From Marsupella aquatica (Eukaryota; Plantae; Marchantiophyta): a stretch of DNA of 64,000 nt. A program made the translations under genes and the position numbers. The first letter of the stretch is position 1. The number at the start of each line of letters is the position of its first letter. The stretch is from the NCBI GenBank assembly GCA_973895155.1, contig OZ316893.1, forward strand, positions 6,284,863 to 6,348,862. The letters run 5' to 3'. Shown piece by piece: positions 20,088 through 32,886 of the stretch. The notes below the pieces were generated by a model. The model saw nothing but the letters and a program-made list of their open reading frames with translations. It did no database searches and was not told where the DNA came from.

Positions 20088-21805
20088 GACACAAACATTT
20101 CAAGCATTTGAGGACGCAGTAAAAATTTGAATCACATGAAAAGCAACCAGGCGCAAAATGTTCATGGCCATAGAGCACCTTACAGATCTTCTCAATGCGC
20201 GAAGCAATTCACACCGTAAAGCGCCTGCTACAGTTTGCTGAAGCTGTTGCGTCTCGACTCCCCGATCACAGCAAAGCTCACAAAGCTGCTCCTAATTGAT
20301 CGCGTCGTCCGTTGCTAGCCCTCTTTGCTCGATGCTGCTGTCTCATCGCGATGTAGAGCTCGACGTCTTTCCCCCCGAGCCGTTGCGTGGCTCATCCAAC
20401 TTTCACCCTGCACCCTATGTTAACCTGGGTTAAGCGTGGTTCGGTCCCCGATATGGTCCTTATTCCCGGGCGTGACTGGTCGGGTTGCACAAACGGTGCC
20501 TGACCAGTCTCGCCCGTTGCCCCGACCCGCAACGCTCCCGGGTGTTGTCCCGCACGGGAAAAGCCCATATTTGAGACGCCCTAGTATATCCCTCTTCGCA
20601 GTGAGTGCCAATGTGCTTCTGCAGCGGCTCACCCGACTAGAAGAGATTCCAGTCCGACTTGCTAATGGAGTTTTGACATGTGAGCCATTAGCTTGTACCA
20701 CATTTGCTAGGTTTAACAAGTACCTCCGTCCATTTGTGTCAGTTTGGGTTACTCTTCCTCGGTTGTTACTGGTTTCCCTTTGCTCACTTCTTTCATGTTT
20801 AATTTTTGTCAGCTTTGGACCTCTTTTGTTTGTTCTTTGTAGTCTGATTGACACTTTTTGTAAAAAGTTTGTATTTCTCCCAAAATTTAGTCACAATGTA
20901 ACATAGAATTTTCTTAATTAATCCATATATTTTTATGTATGGTCAATCAAAGAGAAATGATCCTCATCAGATGAGTGACCAAACGACCCTACTAAAGGGG
21001 TCTCCAGTGTTTTCTTTCGTACAGTCCTTGTATTTTGCAAGCCTGCCCTTGTTAATTAGGGCAATGTTCTTCAGAGTCTTGCAGGGTTGAGGCATGGTAT
21101 GGAGTAAGCTTTAGAGCCAACTTGCATTTGAGTCTTGGAGACATCAGCACGCCCTCCCTGATCTGACAGGAAAAGCAGATCCAACTTTTTCATAATATTG
21201 AAGTTTCTCACAAGACCTTGCCAAGCAGTTTTTGTTTTATTGTAAGGGACCACAAGGGCTGGAAAGTTTGCTGCACTTCCCCTTGGTTCTCCACTATATA
21301 TCTATACACTATCAAACCTGACTAGGAGCTTGAGACATAAAATTATCTGTTAATGTTTGGATATCATCCCTCAAGTTGAAGGCCTGAAAGGCCCACATGC
21401 AAGCATACTCCACTTGGACTTTCATTTCTACTAGCCCTGATTACCCGTTGTTTAAACATGAATAACGAAGAGTCAGGACAATAAAAGTGTTGTCAACATA
21501 TATTCTCTATTCATATTCTTTGAAGGTTCATGAAATGGAAAAAAACTCATCATTTTAATAGTCATATATAATATATACCATCCCTCTTTCTATGCACATC
21601 TGTTGTGGTGGGGCCTATGTAGTGCCCATTTTTTGAATATAAATACTTAGAAATTATCACAAAAAAATTGCATGCACAAATTGACATACATCATAGTCAT
21701 GAGTTTTTCCCATGCCCATGATGGCCATGGAGTGACGGTCTAGAGACTTCACTCTAGACCTAGGCTCTTAAAAGTAGTCTTCAGTTTGACATTTTTATAG
21801 TAAGA

Positions 21806-23651
21806 CTAGCCCAATGCAATGCCTGGGCATTGCGCAAAAGATGTCAAGGTCAAGAAAAGATGTTTGTGTGAAAAAAGTTGTCAATGAGAGAAAAAGATGT
21901 TGAGGTGAAAAAAGATGTTGGTGTGAAAAAAGTTGTCAATGAAAGAAAAAAATTGAGGCGAAGAAAAGATGTTGGTGTGAAAAAGTTGTCGATGAGAGAA
22001 AAATATGTCGAGGTGAGGAAAGGAAGTCAAATTAAAGTGAAAAAAGATGTTGAGGAGAGAAAAGATGGCAAGGTGAGAAAACAATGTAAAGATGAGGAAA
22101 ACATGTTGAGAAGAGAAAGGATGTCGAGGGTGAGGGAAAGATGTTCGTGGTGAGGTAAAGAACACAAAAATCTTGTGCATTGCATAGAAGATGTTGAGGT
22201 GAAGAAAAGAGGTTGAAATGAGAAAAGAAATGGCCGAGGTGAGGCAAAGTTGTCGAGGAAACACAAAAAAATGCAGGCAAGCTCAATCCCTATGCACCAC
22301 AAAAAAGATGTAGCATAAAAAGTGTCATTGTTTGATGGTGTTTGTCGATTGCAAAAATGTTATCATTTTGGTCATTATTGTGAACGTGTTATTGTTGAGG
22401 AGGATGAAGGTGGGGACATGGAGATGCAAGATGGGTGACTGTAATGGCCATTATATCATGGAGTCGTAGCATGATCACCCAAAAAATTGATGCAATTTTT
22501 ATTAAAATTAAAATTATTAATATTTTAAATACATAAATATATATATGCTTTGGTTTTTTTAAATGCAGGCAGGAAAATACAAAATTATCTCACTTTATTC
22601 CCTTCTCAATTTTTCCCTACCTTTTTCATTCTCCTCTTCTTGAAATTTTGTTCCTTTTTCCCTTTATCTTGCCCTCCCCGTTTTTTTCTTCCATGCCAAT
22701 TCCTTGTTACCTTCTCCATGATCTTTGGATAGTGTTTAATCTTTATATTTTTATGAAAATATAATATATAATCACTCTACCCTTGTAGAGTTGTAGTCAC
22801 CACGGGAGAGCATAAACTACAATCTAGTACAGTTCATAATTGTACTCTCAAATACAATTGTACAGTATGAAATGCTATATGGTGGATCTATCTTCCAGTA
22901 TTTTGTCTTATTCAAACTTCTTTTCTTGTGTATTTTAATTCAATGTGTTTTACCAAGGTGCATCCTTTGTATATTTTAGATTTTGAATTTAATCTGGCAC
23001 CCCTCTAAATTTTTCAATCTTTGATATACTTTTGATCATCCACCACCCTTTAACAAAGTTCACCTAAGTTCTAGCCCTTAGTGAAGAAGAAATGATCTAA
23101 TTAAAGTGCACTCCTCATGTCTTTAAGTTCTACTCATGGTTTTGTGTCCTAAATTTAAGGTTTTAATTCATTTGAGTGTCATTACCTAAGAGATGTACAT
23201 AAGTATCTTTACTGGTGTATAATATGTGCAGAACCCAATACCATAGACTTAAATTTTTCCTGTTTTTTATTACTTTTTTTTACTTGTGTATTTTTACTCT
23301 TGTACTTTATGTGCACAAATTTTCAATGTCACGCTTCCTAATCAATGTCCTATTTATATTTGCCACAAAAAAATTAGATCACCTGTATTTTACTAAAAAA
23401 ATTTAAACTTTTTGCTAGAGGACAAAATAACTTTTCATGTTCCAGGATGAGTATGCTATATTCAAATACAATTGTACACTATTGCAATACCATTATGTGT
23501 TTATGTGTACCCTTGCTACTGAATTAATAATCGAACAGTTACAAAAAATTCACCCAAAAGATCTAACGGCTGTCATTCATTCCCGCCCAAAATGCATTTA
23601 GTAACAAATAAACGACTAAAATGAGAGGGATTTCAATATTATAGATATAGA
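21806..23651 (-). mobile_element. Non-autonomous Helitron-like element
   Basis: Minus strand begins A|TCTATATCTATAAT and ends GCAATGCCCAGGCATTGC(hairpin)ATTGGGCTAG|T; no TSD. Degenerate A-rich minisatellite at 21830-22310. Confidence 0.7.
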
Positions 23652-24141
23652 TGGGTGTGGTTCCACATGTTTATGGGTGTGTCTGCTTGTTCCTTAGGGC
23701 ATCGTCCAGGTTGTTGCTTTGAGCTCCTTCCAGGCAACTTAGCTGGGCCACCTACGAGGTGCATCATCAAAGCTGCCATTTAGACGGGGGCAGACTAGAG
23801 GAACTGGATACAGTGACGAGGGGCCTGGGAAGTCCCTTTTGAAAAAGGGGACTAGTCCTTGGGTTACATTTTTCCAAATGGGACCCTCTCAAGCCTTTTG
23901 GAGCGCAATCCTAGTGCATTCCATATTTTCCATGGAGCTGAGCCTCGTGATCTGGGCCTCAGAATAAAAGCTTGGTTACTTAGGATACTATTCTGGTAAA
24001 AGTGAGCAGTGGCCAGCTTTTACTAATTTGACAGAATCATGTGACAACATCTTTGCAAGCCTACACTTGAACAAGCCAATATTTGTCGTGAGGCCACACA
24101 CCAATATGGTGGTTTAGCACATATATATATATATATATATA

Positions 24142-26100
24142 CTAGCTCAATACTGGTGCGTTACACAAAAGAAGTCGTGTCGGCCAAGATGTTGTTAAGA
24201 AAAAAAGATGTCGTGTTGGCTAAGAGGTCGTTGAGAGAAAAGAGGTTTTGTCGGCCAAGAGGTCATGAAGAGAAAAGATGCCATGTCGGCTAAGAGGTCA
24301 TTGAGAAAAAAAGATGTCGTGTTGGCCAAGAGGTCATTGAGAAAAAAGATGTTCTGTCGGCCAAGAAGTCATTGAAAAAAAAGTTGTCATGTCGGCCAAG
24401 ATGTTGTTGAGAAAAAAGATGTCATGTCGGCAAAGACATCATCGAGGGAAAAGTTGTCGTCTCAGCCAAGATATTGTTGAGGGAAAATACCCGTGCATTG
24501 CACAGTCAAAAGATGTTGTTAAAATAAAGATGTTGTGGTGCCCAAGATATCGTTAAGAAAACAGATGTTGTGGCACCCAAGATGTTGTGTCCCCCAAGAT
24601 GGCGCTAAGAGAAAAGTTTTGTGGCGCCCAAAATCCTGTTAAGAGAAAATATGTTGTTTTTCGCAAGAATGATATTCTTATGTGAAAGATGTCATGAAGT
24701 AAAACTATGTTTGATGTTGTTAAGAAAAAGAAGTCATTGTACCAAAGATGGCATGTTGCCCAAAAGGTCATCAAGTAAAAAATTGTAATAGATGTCATGT
24801 CGCCAATGATGTCATTATGCCAAAGATGTCGTTAAATATTAAGATGTTGTTAAGTACAAAATGATCAATAGATAAAGTATGTCATTAGTCAAAGATATTG
24901 TTAAGTACATCTTGGGCCTGATACTTGTGCATTGCACAAATGATGCATGTTGAGGTGAGAAAATATGTCAAGGTGAAAAAAAATGTCGATGAGAGAAAAA
25001 CATTTCGAGCTGAGAAAAATATGTCAAAGAGAGAAAAGATAGCAAGATGAGAAAAAGATGTCGATTAGAGAAAAGCATTCTGAGGTGAGAAAAATATGTC
25101 GAGAGAAAAGATGGCGAGATGAGAAAACATGTCAAGGAAAGAAAATATATATGTCGAGGTGAGAAAAGACCTTGAGATGAGAAAAATATGTCAAGATGAG
25201 CAGAGATCTTCATATGAAGAAAAGATGTCAAGATGAGAATATATTTTTATATTTTTTATTTATATTTAAAATCATTTCAAAAAAATAGAATTATTTATAT
25301 ATAAATAAATTTATTTAAAATTTGATTAATTTTTTCATTGTGGCAGGTATGGGAAGGTTAAAGGGTAGCTTGGGAATTTTTATAAGAGGTGTATGGATAT
25401 ATCTGACAATGTGGAAAAAATTATGTTTTGATGAACATTCAAGATTGATTTTCACTTTTTTTAATTTGTGAAGGGACAGGATCAGGATTATAGTGGTACA
25501 TGGTAAAGGGAGGTCTCCTTGGTACTCCTGCATTGCTAGAGACCCTCCTTGTTTTCTTTGTACTATTAGATTCATTTTTTGCTTGGAAACATTGCTCTCC
25601 ATTTTCATTCTAGTTGGTTAGATTCTTTCATGTTTTTCATGTTTGGGATATTGCAAATTTGAATGAGTACCATGCTATAACAAAAGTAACATTTTATTAT
25701 AGCTTTTGACATTCTCCCTCTCATCTAATCTATTGTGTTTAATTAATCTATTTTAATTAAATTACTACCATTATTATATTATGTAATATTGTAATATTTG
25801 CAATAATATATGATATCACATACATTATGTACTTTTGTATTTCTTGTGTATGGAAAAACCTACTTAATACTCATGCATGTGCATTCGCTCCCTTGTTTTT
25901 TGTGGCTCCTTCCTTTTGTGTGTGTCCCATTTGATTCCCCTCTTGTTTAGAATATACTTAATACTTTTTTTTGGTGCACAATAAATTTAATATAGACTTT
26001 ATTCCTTCTCTTTGACATGATCAATGTTTTTTGGACACTGTAAATTTGAATGACAACCACTTCAAAAAAAGGTGCAACCTTATATTATAGTCCTTATATA
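24142..26100 (-). mobile_element. Second Helitron-like element with degenerate ~18/36-bp repeats (far boundary approximate)
   Basis: CTAG|T end next to (TA)n at 24121-24141. Repeated GTGCATTGCAC hairpins near 24490 and 24925. AAAAGATGTCG..GGCCAAG repeats at 24170-25240 resemble 21830-22310. Confidence 0.5.
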
Positions 26101-29100
26101 TATATATATGGTAAAAATCCAAAACAAAGGGGAATGGGAGACAATTACAAAAACGGAGGGATCTACCCCAATTTCGAGGGGACATTAACGCCCAAACTAC
26201 AAATTTACCCAAGACTTGAGTGAGTTTTGAAAAGATAATAGAAAATAGGATCTCAAATTAATGTCATGCAATAGTGTGCAAAAGAGGACGAAGAAATTAA
26301 AATGCCAAGATTTCAGGTCAGTTTTTTGTGCACTTTGAAAAGCATATGCCTAGATTGATCAGTCATTGCATAATTCCCTCCTCAGATATAGGCCTGTATT
26401 GCATAATCATAGTAACTTCTTGTTTAGCTCAAGTTTTGAGGGGCTACTATTGTCCTTAATGCTCCAAAAGATTATTCAACCTTGTATATTTGGTAACAGT
26501 ATAGGAGAAGTTTCATAATTAGCCAACTCAAATCTTGACTATACATTCTTCTCCATGAAGGCTAGAAATTAATGAGAAAACAGTCAAAGAAGGGCATGAA
26601 GTAGAAAATAAATGCTCTCCCATGAGCATGTGAAGGGAACCAAACCAAGCCAATGAGGGTCAGTAGTTTCTTACTCATATTATAGGTGATTAGATCACTC
26701 TTATATAAAGCAAACCTTATTTTATTGGTGTTCCCTTGGTGATGAGGGCACTGTTGACTCAGACTAGATAGCAAATGCGAAACATAAATGATACACTCAA
26801 CCACACTCTACATCAACAAGACATCACGAATAGAAAAACTCTTGAAGAATCCATATCATATGAGAATACATATGAAGAACAAGAGATATAATGCACTCCC
26901 TCCAACCCGCACGAGGGGTCTATATATGATACCTTAATGTAATCAATGATTAATTAACCTTAGTCAAACCAAATTAATTCTAGTAGAGAATTCAAATCAA
27001 TTCCTAACATTGTTTTTAGTGGTCCAAGTAAATAGGGCATCCTCAGGTAATGGTCAAGGTTGTTTTCCCATGACTAAAGTGACTTGACACCAAAAAAGCT
27101 TGTTCCCACACTTGTCATGGAAGACCTAAAATGGTACTTTCGGGCCAGGGATCTTTTTGTGGCCCTACGGGTTTGGGAAGCCAGGTTTGGGAAGCCATAA
27201 TTACACCGTTTCAAAGTCTTCACCATTGTTGGTCACAAATTGGCTGATATTTTTACTCCCCGTCTACAGTTTCCCATTTACTGTATGGTCCTTACTAGCC
27301 AGAATGTGAACCTTATCCTTAAATCTAGGGAGATGTCATGGTCATAAATGAACGACGAATATTACTGTCATCGTCTCCTTCAGTCACGCGGTGACAATCG
27401 CCACCAACCAACAAAAAGCCTCAAAATTTACGCCGATCCTGAGTTTCTCTTGGGTAGCGGCGCTCTGGCATTTTGCAGGTCGCTCCTCGGTATTTGCCCC
27501 GTAGCCATGAAGTCGAGACAAGAACTTCTGGGATACTTCGAGTCTGTACGTTGCTCTTTGTTCAAGGGATGACCAATTGAGAACCATCAATTGTTATTCC
27601 TATAGTCAGAGCGTCACTGAGAGGAGTCAATCAGCCTTTGCCCATCGTGCGAAACTAAATCGGTGCGCTTGTGCATAAACATTCGAAGCTTCTGATGCCG
27701 GCCGGGGGCACGCAAGCAATAGATAATTGTGTCGACCAAAACCTGCGCTGTTTCCTCCCTGCCTTTGTGAGAACTGCTGCGCAATTTTATGGCTCTCCGG
27801 GAATACAGCAAGTCGTAAGGAAGGCGAATCTTATTTATGCAATCGAGTAAGCTCAATGAGGTGCTGCGCACCGTTGTGCCAAAGGCCAAAATTTATATTG
27901 AGTGAATTGGACGAAGGGAATTGCCTGCCGCTCGATTACATGGATAGGCTGTATACTGCGTGACGAAAACCTCACGTGCACGCCACGCTAGGGGCCTGTG
28001 AATCAGCGTGTGAATTTGCTCCGGATGAAGCTTTGTCCAGATCGGTTTAGGGCACTGAGGTGGAAACCTTGGCCTGCATATTCCTTGGGAGTATGAATTT
28101 AAAAGAGTGCATAGTAGACGTAGCGGGCACGGAGGAAGATGACATTTGATGATTCCCACAATCATTTGTTATCGTCTCCGAAGCAGAGACAGTTGGGCTC
28201 GACATCGCTACGCAATCGTTTGCTTGGCAGACAAGACTTGTGATGCCCAGCAACAAAATCGGTCAAATAGACCTTGACAAACAGATCTATCAGCGAAGTT
28301 CCAATTGGAAGAAATCGTTCTGAACTGTCTTGCGTTTCGTTGTGATTCGTCTCGTCAAGAACTGTGACTTAAAAGCTTATTATCGTATGGCATCAGAGAT
28401 ATTTCAATGCGTTTCTAATTCTCCTTATGTACAACATTCTCTGACTTTGACAGGGAAACCGGGGTTGAAACCGCTATCTGAATATACCACCACAGTTTAA
28501 AGAAGTAAACACAGGAAGACAATTTGATCCAACCTTCAAGAAACACAGTTAAATCAAATGGATGAGAAAAGCATGACATGAATATATCCGGCAATCGCTT
28601 GCAATGCCGAATTCCAGTAATAAGCCGCGAGTAAAAATTCCAAGCCGTGGATTCCACACGATGATAAATTCCTTCAACGTACTCACTAGATACATTGAAT
28701 TGAACTCAACGGAATTGGATTAATTAAGATCTTGGTGTAGTCTTCGATCTGAGCACTTGCTGTTTGTGCTTTTATTCGACTTCACTGTGTCACAATGTCT
28801 TTCACTGACAGCTTTTGCGGCAGCACGGGTGGGGTCAGAGGTGGGATCAAGTAATCGGAACAAGGTCTTTGGCAACGATCGAACAGACCAGGTTCATTAC
28901 CAAATGATCTCCTTTTATAGCCTTGCCAAAGCGTTTTCTTTCATGTTTCTGCATATCTTGCTCGGTTCTTTTCCTCACTCGCCTGTCCACAGTATATGGT
29001 GGAGTCCAGTTTTGGTGATGAGCACATGGGATTGTTGCAGAGTTGGGAATTTTGGAAGTCATCCCATCTCTGGCTGTTATCAGGGCCGTTTGATATCTTA

Positions 29101-32100
29101 GTTGGCTTCGCTTCTGAAGCTTTCTCTGCTGCCCAGCTGGGTACTGCTGGACTTTTAGATCTTTTAATAAAAGTAGACATATTTGAGCAAATTCAAGCTA
29201 CGTCAGCCACCACCTCCTGTAGCATGCCTTCAAAAAAGCTACGGACGAAATTAATTTTGCATCTGTTCACCTTCCACGCAGAGTGCTTTTTGTAAAGTTG
29301 CATGTGGACGAATTTGCTTTATATTGATAGGCGTGAACATGGAATTTGCACTGGGAGTGTTCAAACTGATAATACAGTCTATACAAGTTAGGGCAAGGGA
29401 TGATTTCGATATGCTTCATATGACGCCGGAGAGAGCAAGCACGTGGGTTGCGTTCGCTTGATTGAATTCCAGTGAAGGTTTATTTTTATTTTTGCCTTGA
29501 AAGATCATTTGGAATTCCATTCACAAAGACAGTAATTCCAGTGAAGGTTTAGTCATAATGAAACTGACACAAAGTCAGGGTACGAAACAGAAACTTGGTT
29601 CATCAATCCTGCGCTCTCGGAAGGTTTTTCAGAGGATATGCATGCTTTTCTAGTGTTAATATGCAGGTATTGTTTGGTGTTCGCTAAATTAGACTATGAG
29701 GAAGAGGATTCAACTCTCACTCTCTGTGCTCAAAGGGATGAATAATTGTGTATTGACATCCAAAGGACAACATAGCTATGAGGAGAATCCGATAGAAATG
29801 GGTCACTCCAGTTTCTGTCTGCTTTGGAGCGATCAAACTTCTTGAAATTTGCTTTGAGAACTCAATGACTTTATTTTTGTGCGTCCGGTAAAGCATTCAT
29901 TTGTGGGTGTACGGTTCACCCAGTCTGAATGCCTTTATCTGACCAGTTTGTTTATCCTCCGGCCCGAGGAGGCAGGCGGTCAATTCCCACTGGACGTATT
30001 TGAAAGTGGAACACGAGAATGGCATACAAATCCATATGCAATGCCTTGCGGAATCTAGACCATCTGAACTTTAGACGGTCTCAAGTTTGAGACGGAGTCT
30101 AGGTTAGGGCAAGCTCTAATCGCAATGAGATGCTTGACATGTCCTAGATTGAGATTATTAACAAGCTCCAAAGAATAGCCATGTTATCATCGATGTTCAA
30201 ATCACCCACATTCCAATACTGACAAAGCGTCATGCAGCACAACCAGCGATTGCAAGGTTTCGTGCAGTAGGACCTCGAGTGGCTCAACTTGGAGATGGGA
30301 AGCATCCAAATACTAAAATGGTTTCTTGAAGTAGGGCATCGCACTACAAACATTGCAAAATTTCATGTAGTAGGATGGACCTAGCGAGGATTGCTCAGGG
30401 GATGCAGATTGACGATGGATGCAGATTGAAGATGTGCAAAACAATGTCTGCACAAAAAGTGTGACCTACTTATAATACCTTCAAACATTTTTTTGACCCA
30501 GGCTACTTTTGAAAATGGGTGCTCAGGTGTTTTGACATTTGGTGTCACTTTGTTGTGATCCTAGTGTGGTACAGGTTTAGTTTTGCAGAAGGTAATTGCT
30601 TATTCTGAATTTTTGCAGGGGGTCAGATGTTCAGATCTTGGTTTTGGCTGAATTTCTTCCTGTTCTTTGGACTGAGTTGGCCCTCATATTTGCAGTACCT
30701 TGTTGGAGGACTGGTGACGTCTTGTTGCTTCTCATTGTTTTCCCTTTTTGGCCGTGATCGCTACTGAATGTGTTTAGTCTAAATTGAGTGGTTGCTGGTC
30801 TATTTTTGACCTGAAAATTGTTCCTGAAAGCATCACCATTCCAGGTGGGCAAAGCCAGGGGGGCAAAATCTCATAACCCGAGCCAAGCTGGCAGGGGGGA
30901 TTATGCATAGTCCCCCCTGCCAGTTTATCCATAGAGATACAAACAAAAAAACTAGTGACAGGATCGGTTTACAGATCTTGGGACGCATTTTGCTTGAAGC
31001 TTGCTAAGCCCTGGGCTTGGGACTAATGTAGGGAGCACAGGAGAGGGGGAAAAGAGCTGCACTCTGTGTAGGGAAATAAGGGAAGGGGAGTCACCCTCGT
31101 CTTGCTAAACCGCCCTCACCTGGTCTGTCCTTCAAGAACTAGGTGAGCCAAATACTGCCAATACATTAGAATAGGGTCCCACTAAATGGATCTTGGCTTA
31201 TGGGACTTGTTAAGTGGGACTCGGGAAAGTTATCTCCTGCCTTCGTTTCTAGTGTCACTCGGCCAAATTTAGCCAAATTCTTATTCCTCATTTGTACAAG
31301 TACAATGGAAAAAGTAAGGAATTCCCGTACCAGAATAGTCAAATACCTTCCTAGATAGATAGGCTAGTCGTCAGATGTAATGGCCCAGATTAAACTTAGG
31401 ACAATCAAACAAATACATGCTTGGTAAGTAATGCATGCTTGTTTAAAAATACTCAAGAGTCAGGCAGCCTCGCCATACTGTGTGTGGATGGCACCAATTG
31501 TATGTCAGGCCATCCATGCAATCCAGGCTGCCAAGAGTATGGGTTTTAAAATACTCAAGAGTCAGGCAGCCTGGAGCCTGGGTTCAAATTTCTATGGCGA
31601 TGTTTGTGGAGATTGAAGAACAGCTGTAGCTAGCACCATCCACTGAAGTCGCTGCTGACCTGGCTTTCCCCGCCAAGGGCAGGAACCCTCTAAGCGCACC
31701 CAACTGGTTTACCAGCTGCGGGCTGGTAAAATGGACGTTCAAGGGACACACAGGCAGGCCAAGATCATCTACAGTAGCAATCCGAAACAAAAAATTGTAT
31801 GCACCAGAGGCTGCCATTCGGGCATGCTCCTGTCACAAAGCACACAATGGTTGGAGCATGTACTGCAGAGAGTATGGAGGGACAGTAAAGTTGGTGGCTG
31901 ATTTGCAACCATGTGGCAGAGCGACAAGCATAGATGCAGTTTGCCAAGCCTGGGAAGATAGTTTTCAAGCTTGCCAGAAATGCTCCATCGCCAGTCTGCG
32001 TTTCCTCTTGTGGCCTCTGCTGGAAACTATTGGGATAGCAGAAACCGGTGCAAGCAGAAATCTCTGGATAACAATGTGGATAGCCGGCCAGACCTGATGG

Positions 32101-32270
32101 AGGCAACTGGTTTGGAGGCTCTAAAAAGGGGGGCTTTATTACAAGACTGTGGGGGCCGTTCGCTACCTCTCCATCCAAAGCAAAATTGATGGCTGGCCAC
32201 TCCCTTACACAAAGTTAAAATACCTGAGCGTCAGGTCCGGGAGTAATAAATGCAATTCCTGGAAAGAAGC

Positions 32271-32392
32271 CTGCTTGTAATCACACATCAAAATGTGGCT
32301 GCATTCATTGATTGAAAAAATAAATCTAGGGTTATCATGGTATGCAGGGGTGTCATACATCATATATATCATATTTTGATGTGCAGTTACCC
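32271..32392. mobile_element. ~120-bp foldback MITE
   Basis: Inverted ends GTAATCACACATCAAAAT / ATTTTGATGTGCAGTTAC, flanked by repeated GAAAGAAGC. Reverse-complement homologue at ~50150-50275. Confidence 0.65.
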
Positions 32393-32644
32393 GAAAGAAG
32401 CTGGGGTTTGTTTCCAGTTTTGTAGGCCACCTCAAGAAGAGTTCTAAGTTTTTGACCAAAAAAATTGCACACATCAGCCAAAAAATAGGGACCCACAAGG
32501 CACATACTAAGAGCATCTCCAATGGTTGTCGCATTGGTTATGGTAAGGCAGTTTTGATCAGACCAGTAAGAGGGAGGGAAAAAGCCAATTCCAAAGTACA
32601 GGATGTCATTAACGCTATGGTTGCACATACCGCAAACAAGGTTC

Positions 32645-32886
32645 CTCAAACGACCTCAGACCCTCTTTAATGTAAGAAATAATAATATATTTTTTAACCC
32701 ATATAAAGTTAGAATATTCCAAATTTTAATTTAAAAACCTTAATGTTCTTATATGTCTTAAAATCAGATTTAGAAGACTCTATTATTCTTCTGAGAAAAT
32801 TCTTAAGTTTTCTCTTAGAACCAATAAAATAACCTTATCCTTTGTCGCATGTGATGTGTCATTTTTGTGGAAATGAAACCCCCGAG
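32645..32886. mobile_element. MITE related to 47338-47601
   Basis: Shares ...TATCCTTTGTCG..GTGATGTGTCATTTTTGTGGAAATGAAACCCC.GAG. Left end and TSD unclear. Confidence 0.6.

Larger units (their letters stand above)
14780..20581. mobile_element. PIF/Harbinger DNA transposon, left part missing or interrupted
   Basis: Convergent Myb-like and DDE transposase genes. Candidate right TIR (reverse complement GGGCGTCTCAAATATGGGC) ends at 20581 and is followed by TAG. No left TIR seen in the window. Confidence 0.75.

Noticed and set aside
21878-25231. K/E/V-rich and F/S/L-rich ORFs
   Set aside because: Translations of degenerate A-rich minisatellites in Helitron-like elements.
27348-31000. Many short overlapping ORFs
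   Set aside because: No recognisable motifs or consistent exon chain; cannot be supported as genes.
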